Positions 51,903-64,000 of a DNA stretch of 64,000 bases are shown here, one piece after another. How positions within the stretch are numbered: the first letter of the stretch is position 1; each line of letters begins with the position of its first letter. The notes beneath the pieces are model-generated. The model saw nothing but the letters and a program-made list of their open reading frames with translations, was not told where the DNA came from and made no database searches. Origin of the DNA: Octopus vulgaris (taxonomy: Eukaryota); contig OX597814.1 in assembly GCA_951406725.2 (NCBI GenBank), positions 93,124,001 to 93,188,000 of the forward strand, given 5' to 3'. The position numbers and the translations under genes are program-made.

Positions 51903-52383
51903 TCATCGTTGTTCGACCGTGGTCGAGACAATGGAATTTACCATGCTACGCCAGACTTCACGGTCCATCATGGCATTACGGAGGTCCTGTTGCTGGATAC
52001 CTGTATCCCTGGAGATTACATGAGGGTAGGAGAGTGTGCGCCCTCTGGTATTGCGAGTAGATGGCTTCCAGAGGAGAAGAGTAGAAATTACTTCTTTTTC
52101 AGCTCTACAACAATGTTCAGCAAACTGGACTCTCCTACCTTTCACAAGAGATGACACAGGTGGTAGTTTCCCATATATTTGCATTTTGGTTGGATGGCGC
52201 TTCCACGAGAGATTTTGAGCTCTCATAAGGAGGCGAGTGTAGGTCCCATCCAACCGCCTCTCAAGCTTCTTTGATAACGTCCAGGTTTCTGAGCCGTATA
52301 GTAGAATTGGTTCGACTGTGGCTTTGAAGATTTCAAGTTTGAAGTCTCTACTTAGATTTGATGACCAGATCTTATGCATGTCT
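51903..52383 (-). mobile_element. RTE-clade LINE 3' fragment
   Basis: KIWSSNLSRDFKLEIFKATVEPILLYGSETWTL...RVQFAEHC...DREVWRSMV. Confidence 0.9.
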
Positions 52384-52571
52384 AACTTCTGTACACAAAT
52401 CACTTACTTGCTGTCACAACCAACTATGTTACTCGTATACAGAAGACACGATCTTTCATTCCTTTCTAACTTACAGCAACCATCTAACATTCATACACAG
52501 GCGAGACATCTCACATAAAACCCGCATTGATTCCATAATAGAGACTTCAAGAGAATCCTTCAGTGGAGGAC

Positions 52572-52796
52572 ATACTCTTTTACTTGTTTCAGTCATTTGA
52601 CTGTGCCATGCTGGAGTACCGCCTTTAATCGAGCACATCGACCCCAGGACTTATTCTTTGTAAGCCTAGTACTTATTCTATCGGTTTTTTTTGCCGAACC
52701 GCTAAGCTACGGCGACGTAAACACACCAGCATTAGTTGTCAAGCGATGTTGGGGGTGTACAAGCACAGACACACAAACACATACACACACACACAC

Positions 52797-52850
<54 letters not shown>

Positions 52851-53010
52851 GTGCATATATACGACGGTCTTCTTTCAGTTTCTGTCTACCAAATCCACTC
52901 ACAATGCTTTAGTAGAAGACACTTGCCCAAGGTGCCACGAAGTGGGACTGAACCCGGAACCATGTGGTTGGTAAGCAAGCGACTTACCACACAGCCACTC
53001 CTACGCCTAT
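52572..53010 (-). mobile_element. SINE family B
   Basis: Full reverse-complement copy. Confidence 0.9.
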
Positions 53011-53031
53011 AACAGCAAAAATAATTAAATA

Positions 53032-54302
53032 TTGGGTTGACAACTAAGTTCCCGCCGTTTTATTTAAATTTTGGAATTTTTTGCGTTTTTAAATTTTGGA
53101 ATCTATTTTTTTCGAGGATTCTATTTTTGAATCATTTTGGAATCTATTTTGTTTTTGTTTTGTTTTTTTTTTTCTAGTTAATTTTAGTTAATTTTTGTTT
53201 ATTTTCAGATCCTTAAAATGGAATGTCAAAGTAAGAAAAACCAGCATTTTCGACACCTCCTTCTTTGTGCATTTAATCAAGGCTATAAGGCCGCAAAAGC
53301 TGCTCGCGACATTTGTGCTGTGTATGGAGAGGATGCCATAGCTGAAAGAACCGCTCGTGATTGCTATGCCAAGTTCAATAATGGAAATTTTGACCTCAAC
53401 GATGCACCTCGTTCCGGCCGTCCAGTTGAGTTCGATGAAGAGCGATTAAACCAACTTTTGTACGAAAATTCTCGTCAAACGACAAGGGAACTGGCAGAGA
53501 AAATGGAATGTTCCCACACTGCTATAGAGAGGCATCTTCACTCGATGGTAAAGGTTCAGAAGTATGGATCATGGGTTCTGCAAGCTTTAAGTGACAAGAG
53601 CAAAAAACAACGAACAAGCTGGTTTGCTTGTTCGTCACTGCTCAACACATGGACACAAGCAACGATTTATTGACCGAATCGTTACTGGCGACGTAAAATG
53701 GTGCCTGTACATCAATATGAAGCAGCGTAAGGAATGGCTTAGCCCCGGTAAACAAGTGACAACGCGCGTGAAACAAGATCTTCATCCGCGCAAAACGATG
53801 TGCGTATGGTGGGACTGGAAGGGGATTATCCATTACGAATTGCTTGAACGGAACCAAACGGTCAATGCGAAATGTGCAACGGATGGAACGACTCAACACA
53901 GCTATTCAAGAGAAAAGACCTAATTGTCAGCATGGAGTTCTTCTGCCCGACAACGCCCGCCCCCATATCGCCAATATGACTAAGGAAGCCATTCAAATGC
54001 ATGGCTAGGAAGTGCTGTCACATCTGCCGTACTCTCCTGATTTGGCACCAACGGATTTCCACCTCTTTCGATCTCGCGGAGTTTCGTTCAATACTGATGC
54101 AGAATTGAGAGCTTGTTTGGATCAATTTTTCGAGTCGAAATCGGGTGATTTCTACCAACGAGGTATTGAAAATCTTGTTAAACGTTGGGAAGAAGTTGTA
54201 AACAGCAAGGGGGAATAAATTATTAATTAGTTGTTATTTTTTATTAAACCCTTTAAAAAATTAAAATTTAAAAAACCGGCGGGAACTTAGTTGCCACCCT
54301 AA
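53032..54302 (+). mobile_element. Full-length mariner element (about 1.27 kb); transposase 53218-54218 frameshifted
   Basis: TIRs TTGGGTTGACAACTAAGTTCCCGCCG / CCGGCGGGAACTTAGTTGCCACCCTAA with TA flanks; IVTGDVKW, DNARPH, YSPDLAPTDFHLF. Confidence 0.95.
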
Positions 54303-54439
54303 TATAATAAACTAAAAACTCGAGCTTTACACATATTTAAAAAAAAAACACCACTGCACCACATCCATATTGCACATAAGCGGCTCTCAGCTAGAACACT
54401 AGCAGCAGCTCCAATGCTGCAAGTTACTATTACCGATGA

Positions 54440-54640
54440 TCTCCTGTGGAGAAAGCATAGCTAGGATTGTATCTCAAACATTGAACGTTCTCTTCAGAAT
54501 GAGATCTTTCAGTTTCCGACTGCTTCTGGCATTCTACAAAGCTCAAGTAAGCCCCATAATAGAGTACTGCTCCCATATCTGGACCGATGTTGCTGCTACG
54601 CACACAAATATCCCGGGTCTCGTCCTGAGAAAAGCCACTC
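54440..54640 (+). mobile_element. CR1/Jockey-group LINE RT C-terminal fragment
   Basis: FYKAQVSPIIEYCSHIW motif. Confidence 0.7.
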
Positions 54641-54644
54641 GACA

Positions 54645-54795
54645 AGTAGCTTGCTTACCAACCACATGGTTCCGGCTTCAGTCTCACTGCGTGGCACCTT
54701 GAGCAAGTGTCTTCTACTATAGCCTCGGGCCGACCAAAGCCTTGTGCGTGGATTTGGTAGACGGAAACTGAGAGAAGCCCGTCGTGTATATATGT

Positions 54796-54842
<47 letters not shown>

Positions 54843-54995
54843 TGTTTGTACTCCCACCATCGCTTGACAACAGATGTTGGTGTGTTCACTTCCCGTAACC
54901 TAGCGATTCGGCAAAAGTGACCGATAGAGTAAGTACTGGCCTTACAAAGAATAAGTTCTGCGGTTTCAAATGACTGGAAAAAATAAAAAAGAATA
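54645..54995 (+). mobile_element. SINE family B, 5' truncated
   Basis: Core and tail. Confidence 0.85.
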
Positions 54996-55070
54996 AACGA
55001 ATACTACACAAAGAAAAAATCGCTTCGAAAATATGCGCAGGCGTGGCTGTATGGTAAGAAGCTTGCTTCC

Positions 55071-56748
55071 GGTTTATGGTTGTTCAGTTGCATTGTTAGA
55101 TTTGTTTGGTACACACGTGCTTTTTTTTTGTTTGTTTTTTTTGGGCTGTCCTGGTGGAGCGACATTTTGCCTCTTATGTGATGGAGGGGCGTCGAGCAAG
55201 AAGTTGGGGGAAGTTGAAGTATTCTTCCCTCGAATGTGATTCGTCTGAGGAGGAATTAGTTGAATACTTAAACAAGATGGACAAGGAAATGGGGAAGAGG
55301 AATTATGCAGCGGCGGCTTGAGAAAAAAATGAAGAAATCAATCTGGAAGCATTGAGTGAGTTCAAGGAAATACTTGAAAGGAAGGGGAACGATATGAAGG
55401 TGTTCCTCCCACAAAAATATTAAAGGACAAAGAAGAAAGGACGATTGTCTATAGAATCTACGCCACAGCAACAAGGAAAATTGAAGGAGTGTCGGAGGCA
55501 CAGGTGGAAAAGGCATTGAGGTTAGTCTGGCAGGAGATAGCATACCTTGGCAGGGGACGAAAATATGGAACGGTGGAGGTGCAGTTTAACGAGATAGCAA
55601 CTGCCAGACTGTACTCGGCCACACCGCTGAAGACAGACAAGGTGGTGCTTCTACCTGTGTACCATGGGAGACGTACTTCCAGGGTTCGGGTGGACGACAT
55701 ACCACCAGAAGTGAATGTGGCTTGGCTGGTGGCTGCCATACTGCTGGGTATGGAGGAGAAGGTAGTGATCCTGCAGGCCACCAGAACGCCCCAAATGAAT
55801 TGGAGAGGACAAACCCTTGAAGTGATGGTACAGGTCGCGGAGGAAGACCTGGAAAAGATGGTGGAACATATCTTAGTGGGTGAAACAACTTTGAAAGATT
55901 GGAGGGAAGAATTCCGCGATGTTATAAGTGTGGCCTGAAGGGCCACATTAGAGCGGAATGTCCTTCACCAAAGGAAAAGGCTGGGGAGAGTGAAAGATTG
56001 GTAAGTGCTCCACAGCCCGTGGAGGAAAAGGACATGACCATCGAAGAAGAAGAGGCAAATGACAGCTGGGAGATAGCAGAGAAGAAAAGAAAAAGAAAGA
56101 ATGTGGTAAAGAATGACCCACAACCCGCACCCACCCACCCGGCCCCCACCCCCACCCACTCTCTACAGACACTAACCCAGTCTGACAAAAAAAAAACAAC
56201 AGCAAACACATAGGAGCCCCAAAGTTACCCACCCCGCCCTGTAAGGAAAAATATGTTTTGATGTATAATGGACAGAATAAAGAACTGGATAACGAGGTAA
56301 ATTCGTGGGACGGAATAGTCAAGGTGGATATAGCAGGTGTAAGGGGTCTGCCCAAGAACGATATTTGTGTGCTGACGGACCTGGATAACCTGTGGAAAAT
56401 GCATGAGTATATGGAAAACTATGACTGTGAGTAATGGTACAAAAAAATTGACACCAGCACAATGCCGGAAAGAATAAGGTATATGGACATTTTAAAGAAT
56501 ATAATATAGACATTTTGAAAAAAGATATGGATTAATTGCAAAATGTAAATAATTGTATTCTAAAGTTGGTTGCAATTGGAAATTCAAATGGTGTTGCAAG
56601 GGGTTCAATGAAGTCGCCCAGAGGTGGGGCCGAAAGACATTATTTCATCTTTTATTATATAATTTCCTTCATTCCATTCGTTTTTTTTTTGTCCCCACCT
56701 TCTGCTGTCCCCTCTGTGTAAGGCCTTTATGGCCAGTTTTCATGAAAT
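55071..56748 (+). mobile_element. ORF1-only Tx1-like retroelement inserted into a SINE B head
   Basis: LVWQEIAYLGRGRKYGTVEVQF...DIPPEVNVAWLVAA...RIPRCYKCGLKGHIRAEC; flanking duplication TAAGAAGCTTGCTTCC / TAAGAAGCTTGTTTTC; SINE B resumes at 56749-57055. Confidence 0.85.
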
Positions 56749-57326
56749 TAAGAAGCTTGTTTTCTAATCACATGGTTCCGTGTTCAGTCCCACTGCGTGG
56801 CATCCAAAGCCTTGTGAGTGGATTTGATAGACGGAAACTGAAAGAAGGCCGTCGCGTGTGTGTGTTTCCAGCCACCGTTTGAAAACCAGTATTCGTTTGT
56901 TTACGTCTCCATTAGCTAGCGGCTTGACAAAAGAGGCCGATAGAGTAAGTAACAGGTTAAAAAAAAACAAAAAACAAATACTGCGATCGATTCATTCGAC
57001 TAAAATATTTTCAAGGTGGTGCTGCAGCATGGCTGCAGTCTAATGACTGAAACAATCAATAGGAGAGTGGAGAAAATATTTAGCGCCTTACATTCTGAGT
57101 TCAAATTTCGTCGGGGTCGACTTCGTCTTTTACTCTTTCGGGATTGACAAAATAAATACCAGCTGAGTACTGAAGTCGATGTAATCGACTGTCACTCTCC
57201 CCACAAAATTTCAGGCTTCGTGCCAATAATAGAAAGACTAGTTAGCTATAGCTTTATCAGATAGCATTGTAAGTTTTTCTATTACAGGTTTCGTTCTCAC
57301 ATGACTACTTCACGTCAAATGAGCAT

Positions 57327-58331
57327 GATTTACACTTGAACTGTCTCTTTAGTCACACCCAGAGAGCTTCAACATTTTCTATGCTTACCTAAGTAACATG
57401 GTTCAGAGAGTCGCAATAATGATTTATAGTACAATTCTATGGATACAGTCCTATTACCTTACTACCCACAAGGGGCTAAACACAGAGAGGACAAACAAGG
57501 ACAGACAAACGGATTAAGTCGATTATATCGACCCCAGTGCGTAACTGGTACTTATTTAATCGACCCCGAAAGGATGAAAGGCAAAGTCGACCTCGGCGGA
57601 ATTTGAACTCAGAACGTAACGGCAGACGAAATACGGCTACGCATTTCGCCCGGCGTGCTAACATTTCTGCTAGCTCGCCACCTAGTTCTATGGATATAAC
57701 TAACGTTAGATCATTATAGCTTCGCCACACATCGATAAACACGACTGATTCAAGTTCAATAATCACATCTTCTAAAGTCACTTGAATGCAATAGGTATGT
57801 GTTGAAGCCATCCCTTTTTTGTTGGTCCTGTCATAAATTTCAACGACCAAAGATTTTTGTAAGATTTTTGTGAAACAAATTTCACGATAGTATCACTACC
57901 AGTAAATTACTGCTTTAGTACCAATGCTATTCTTTGACACATATAACAAATACATCACTAGGGCTTCACGTACAAATTCTTTTTAAGATACGACATAGGT
58001 TGTTAATTTACATTTTTCAATGAACGTGTTGCTTTTGCACAGCATTCTGTATATATGGATATACTATCGAAAGCAACAAAACTCCAGTATTCGTCTTGAG
58101 AAAGCTTCTCGTATAGATATATAGAGCTAAAAAGCACAAAAGTGAATCAGTAACAGATGATAATATATCACATTAAATAAAACATACAGAGAGTGGCTAT
58201 TCTGAACCAATACTGCTTCCATCACTAATAACGAATGTCTTCTTAAATTTTGAGCATATCCAAATACCATCATCGAGATTGTTGCAGTGACGTGATTATG
58301 CACAAAACTTGCCATTAACAACAATAGGGTT
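57327..58331 (-). pseudogene. Highly degenerate Merlin (IS1595/ISXO2-like) transposase interrupted by SINE A (57452-57680)
   Basis: Ordered motifs on minus strand: DDGIWICSK...DGS; VIYW..YYREIC; VVEIYD; ESVVFIDVWRSYNDL; TINH; ENVEALW..LKRQ. Confidence 0.7.
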
Positions 58332-58721
58332 CAGTTGTAAAAACTACACAAGAGCATTAAGGCAGCGGTGTCCAAGGATGCTCAGCACCTAGAAGCACAG
58401 ACTTTTGACGCTTTCTCCTTAGCGGGCATTATAGAGCAGATACGCATGAGTCCGTGATGTTGCAGTGTATAACAAAGTCAAAAAGGCCGTGGATTCGCTT
58501 CTTGAATTAGGCAACGCATTGTATGTACTCTTCATTTTATGTCGCTCCTATTTGCTCAGCTGAAATGGGTACCTGTCATCCCTTCAGCTGTCCACTGGAT
58601 GGAGGATAGGCAGGTCGAGAGAGTGTTCTTGTCGCTTTGCGACTACGTAGGTACCTAAAATATTTAGCAAAAGAATGGCGAGCATATTATCAAGTTATAC
58701 TTGCTTGCGGGGGAACAGCTA

Positions 58722-59015
58722 CTGGTACTCCGTCAGTTACGAATACCAGAGTTCCAGTTGATCCGGTCAACGGAACAGCTTGCTCGTGAAATTAACATGC
58801 AAGTGGCTGAGCACTCCACAGGGAAGTGTCTACCCTTAAAGTAGTTCTCAGGGAGATTCAGCGTGACACCGAATGCGACTAGGCTGGCCCTTTGAAATAC
58901 AGTTACTACTCATTTTTACCAGCTGAGTGGACTGGTGCAACGTGAAATAAAGTATCTTACTCAAGGCCACAACGCGTCCATGGGAATCAAACCCTAACCA
59001 CTAAGCCACGCCCCT
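58722..59015 (-). mobile_element. tRNA-derived SINE related to family C core, different tail (partial copy 51270-51390)
   Basis: CAGCTGAGTGGACTGG...GTGAAATAAAGT.TCTT.CTCAAGG shared with 36160-36215. Confidence 0.8.
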
Positions 59016-59021
59016 ACACAG

Positions 59022-59066
59022 AAAATATGGAATGTTTCACGAATTTGCGTGTCATCTTTGTATAGA
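59022..59066 (-). pseudogene. U6 snRNA 3' fragment
   Basis: Reverse complement CAAAGATGACACGCAAATTCGTGAAACATTCCATATTTT versus U6 CAAGGATGACACGCAAATTCGTGAAGCGTTCCATATTTT. Confidence 0.88.
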
Positions 59067-62000
59067 GCAAAAGGAATATTGCGCATCATACCTGCGCCTA
59101 AGGCGTCATACATCTCCCTCCTCTCTTGCTGTGCCTTTGGTGTTTGGTGTTGAATTGTTCAATATTTTCATTCAGTGTAGCCATTTTGAATAGTCACAAA
59201 GCAACTGAGACTATTAAACAACAGATACTGGTTTTTAAAAAAATCCAAGCCTTCCCTCTAAAACTTTGAATCTGATATTTAAAAGAAAAACTCAAAGACT
59301 TTTTTTTAAAGTATATAAAAAAAGTTAAACGGTAGTCATAATTCAACATCCGAAACTGCTTAATACAAACTGAACTACTTTCATTAACCTTCTTCTTTCA
59401 GTAAACTATTTTACAATATTTAACGGGGTACCTCATTCACTTTTCGAAGATTAAATCAAGTCAGAATAATAATGACTTGAATGAACTATGTGGCAGACAA
59501 CTGAAAATAAAGAATTAAAAAATTAAGCATCACTGCTCTTAGATACTATTGCTCGTCACATGTTAACATCATAGTCAGTCAGCCAGTCACCTATTTCTTT
59601 CTCATTGCAACAAAACTCCACCATCTCGGCTTTTCTCTTTCTAATAAGCTTATACTTTCACATTAATTTTTTTCTCCTTTTTATATACTTTCCTCTTCCC
59701 ACTCCTTTCGTGACAGCCTGTCTCCTGCTTCTTTATACCTTTCTCTGCCGCTTTTACTTTCTCTTCACTTACTTTTCTCTCTCTCTCTCTCTCTCTCCCT
59801 CTTCTCAGTCTGCATTTCCATTTCTTTCTTTCATACACTCTCTCACTGCCACGTTTCTCATTGCAGTTTCTTTTCCTTTCTTATCTCGTTTTTTTTTAAC
59901 TTCTTTCACTCTATTTTCAATTTTCTTTTCTCTCATTCAACATTTTTCTTTAGTCCTTTCCCGCACTCATTTCTATATCTATTACTTTCTCCTCTGACTT
60001 TCTCTCCCTGCATTTAATAAAAAGAAAAACAATCCGGTTCACTGCCACTCTCTCACGCTCCTTTTTCTCTCTCTGTCTCATTGTAGTCTTTCTCGCTTAC
60101 TTACTCACCCCTTCCCTCCTCTCTCGATTTTTACTCGACGTTTTTCTTTTTCTTTTCCTCCTTTCTCTTCTTTATTCATTTTTGTCTTTCGTTCTCGTCC
60201 TTCGTATATCAAATAAATAGACAGAAAAATAGAGAGCCTTAAAGGCCGATTTTCGTGCATTGCACTTTTCAAAAAGATGTGTATATATATATACACACAC
60301 ACATATATATATATCTAGGATCTTATATCCTATATCTTAGATCCTATATCTACATACATACATACATATATATGTATATATATATATATGTACATATAAA
60401 TCCTTAAAAATGTTTTAGCCCGAAGGCCGCGGCCATGCTGGGGTACTACCGCTGTATATATATCTACATATATATATATAATATTCATGCTCCGTTATTC
60501 TTGGGGATTTATGCTCCTTTTTCCTTTCTCACTCACGTCTATCTATTTATAATATCCTTTCTCTCACTATTTCTCTTACCTTCGCTCATTTCCTCCCTCA
60601 CTCTTTTTCTGTCTTTCTTACCACAAACTACGTACGCAAGCCATTTTCTCATATACAACAATATTGCACCTACACACAAATGTGTCTCACATTAGATGAT
60701 GCCATTGTCATTACCAACATTACCACCACCATTACTATCAGTACTAATACTACAACCGCCACCACCATAACTCCTACTACTACTACTACTAGTAGTAGCC
60801 CCCAACAACTATCACTACCACACCTACTTCTACTACTACTATTACTACTACTACTACTACTACCACCATCATCATCACAATTATTACTACCTCCACCACT
60901 ATCATCATTATGTTAATAAATGTTGGCTCGTTTCAACTGTTGCTGTCACCTGAGCCAACCAACCCCACGTGTTTTTTTCTCTGATTCTCTTTTTTTTCCT
61001 CTCTTCTCCCTCCTTTCCATCTCGTTAAAAGAAGCTTAGGATATTCCTGTTCAGATTTTTTTTCCACGTCGTTCGTCTCAATGTTTTACATTTAATCGTA
61101 AGTTAAAGCTTTTTTTTTTTTACATAAGAAAAGAAAAAAAGTAATTTATTAATTGTATCCAATATACATTATATATGTATTACTATTTAAAACACTCGTT
61201 TACATAACTCTTCAAATCTTGTTTGTCTGCTATTCCCCCGTCTCTTAATTTAATGTTTTTCATCAGCTTTATTTAAGGGGAACAAGATATAAGGATGTTG
61301 TGTGTGCGTATATGTCTCTCTCTCTCTATATATATATCTATCTATATATATATAGATATATAATATACAGTTGTTTGGCTGGCATTCATGCCTTTCTCGG
61401 GAAAACAATGACAAAAGTAAAATGAAATTACATTACATATTTTCAAGTTTATTTCTTTACATTAAACCGTTATTTTTAGCAACTTACAGAAAATATAAAA
61501 GGGGCCTTTTTATATTTTCTGTCATTCCTCTTCCATCATATCGATTTTTTTTTTGTTGTGATACTTTTTCTCCGTTTACAATATCCATTCTATTGATTAA
61601 ACGACGAAAATTTTATATTATTGTTACGGGAATATATTTCATTTAGAGATTGTAAAATAATAATTGGAATAACATTATTAATTATTGTAAGTCCTTTTTT
61701 TTAATTACTTCTGAAAAGTCTAAAATGTTAATGGTTGAACGTGTCTTTCAATGATTTATTTTCTCGTTTTTTCTTTTGCTATTTTCAAGAATGATAATGC
61801 TGTCATTTCTGTTATTATGAATTATTACTTAAGTCTGAATATGAATAAAATCCTTCTGATATTGATAATCATCATTAAATTTGGAAAACCGCTGACATAA
61901 TTTCGAGGGTCTCTTTTTAATCTCGTGTCACTTGCACTCCATTAGTCCGATCCTAACGGAATCGGGACTCTTCTGCTGTTCGAAAGAAAACAGGTGTCAC

Positions 62001-62546
62001 GGAGAGGAAATTATATTATGAGTGATGCTTTTGGATTTGGAAACGAAGAAATGCCGTAATAATTCATTACTTGGCAACTGTCCAGCTACAATGGACTTTT
62101 CATATCGCAAAAAGAAGCAAGTATTGACAAGCTATGATGCTAAAATTTACCAACTTCGACATATTTATTTCAAGCAATGTAACAAGAAAGAAACTGTGAC
62201 ATTATGTAATACTTTTCGTGTCCTTTTTTTTTCACCACGCTTTTTTCCAAGCAGAACATTACATCGATATTAGGGTTTAATTCGTGTGACGCCGCTTCTC
62301 GCTTGCAATATCTTCATATTCGCGAAGGAAAAAAAAATCCCACAAAACCTGAAAATTCTGAGTGAATTTAATTGTTGCTATTGCTAAGATTCAAAGAGCC
62401 AGCAACGCGAAAGTACCATTATTAGTCCGTCCCACCCACCGAATAAAAGGCTATCGAGAAGGAAATAAATACTAAAGATAACTTAGATATTTTACTTTCA
62501 TGATTCGCAGCATGTATCCAATTAGTGATTCCCCCCCTCTCTCTCT

Positions 62547-62612
<66 letters not shown>

Positions 62613-63798
62613 ATTAGATTTCTTTATTAAATAATTGCAAGGTTTTGCGCTTGTGCGTGTGTGCGAGCGTATAAAAAAAATACGATTGAATGTTTCAATC
62701 GTATTTTGAAAGCCAATAATTGTTTTTCTCTATTTCATGAGAATGCATATTGCGTAGCGGCTAAGTGGAATATTTTTTTTTCGTTTTAAATACAAAACAA
62801 ACGCGTTCTCTTCCAGTGTATATATATATATATATATACACAAACACTAGTACAGTTAATTATGTGGTAATTTTCTGTAAATTTAATTAACCGCGCTAGA
62901 CAGTTAATATTTATACTACAATTTTAATATTCCGAAGTGAATATAAAATGCCCCTTTCTCTCTCTTTCTTTCCCTCTTATCTCAGTAGTTACGTTATCTA
63001 TAATCGATTCCAATCCGGTAATTGTTATTAGTATTTACACAATTCTATTGCTAATATTTAATTGTATAAACCGCACTCCATGCTAAGTTACTTCCACGAA
63101 CCGAATTGCCGGCATGGAATAAAGGTATTCCTTAAACCATTTTTAACTTGTAAATTCTGATGCGTCATACCCATTATCTATATTGTTAGAAACTATATAA
63201 TTATTCAAGATGCGTTGTCGAGTTGTGTTTGATTACTAGGTAGACAAACACCAGTCTACCTAATTTTATATCTAATTCCGTATTTCGTTTTTTTCAGAGT
63301 TCATTTCGTGATGTGTGGAAATATGTATTGTGATACAAAAAAAAAAGTCTATTGCATCGTAATCATTACAAATTATCCCTTAAATTATTATTTTACTTCT
63401 AAAGTTGTATTCGTATTTAATTTTAACATTTATTGAAAGGTAGTGTTATAATAATGCATTTGCTAGATTCGAGTTTAGCCGGTTTCTATTCGTAATGTTA
63501 TCTACGTTTGTATTACCTATCCCTCCTTGGGAACTTCATAAATACGTAATTAGCTTATATATTACTTCAGATATTTCAAACATGACTTTTATGTCATGAA
63601 GAAGAAAAGATTAACGTTTCAGATATTTACCTATTCAAGGCAGATTGAAAGATCCTTATTTATCCCTTAGGCCGCGCATAATTTTGCTACCTTGGACCTT
63701 TAAATTTTCTCTATCCGAAGAACACGCATCCGAACGTGAAACTTCTCGCGGCATGAAATATATTCCACTATTTGCACTATAATACAGATAGGCATAAC

Positions 63799-64000
63799 TA
63801 CAGAGTCCTGCCCCCTCCCGACTTTGGATGATCATAACTTTAAGAAAAATGGATATTTTTTAATGAAATTTTCTACGAATATGTGTTATATCCCGTAAAT
63901 TCCGAATATACAAAACTTATGGGGTAAAATGTTTTAGGAGGGGGTGGGGGATTTCGGAAAATTCACCGGCGTCCATTTCAATTCGTCTTAACTTTCAAGA
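63799..64000 (+). mobile_element. Probable left end of a Tc1/mariner-type MITE, cut by the window edge
   Basis: TA-CAGAGT start followed by CATAACTTT and ATGAAATTTT subterminal motifs. Confidence 0.35.

Noticed and set aside
62022-62273. 83-aa ORF in the unique terminal region
   Set aside because: No recognisable domain, non-ATG start, and length expected by chance

Overview
AT-rich, repeat-saturated eukaryotic DNA. The SINE families and microsatellite load suggest an octopus (coleoid cephalopod) genome; this is inference. No intact host gene is supportable, and almost all listed ORFs are microsatellite or SINE artefacts. The window holds degenerate Tx1/L1-like LINE ORF1 and ORF2, a 1.7-kb ORF1-only Tx1-like element inserted in a SINE head, two rearranged Penelope-like (GIY-YIG) loci with inverted arms, a near-intact pogo (DD35D) transposon, mariner elements, a decayed Merlin transposase with three Merlin-type MITEs (two carrying telomeric repeats), Helitron arrays, RTE and CR1 fragments, at least four tRNA-derived SINE families and a U6 snRNA fragment. 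The strongest unexpected signal is a set of about 10 hammerhead-ribozyme-like motifs from at least three families. Several have non-canonical cores (U3:A8 covariation with GCAA; CUGUYGA), and most lie in inverted pairs inside (TA)n tracts.
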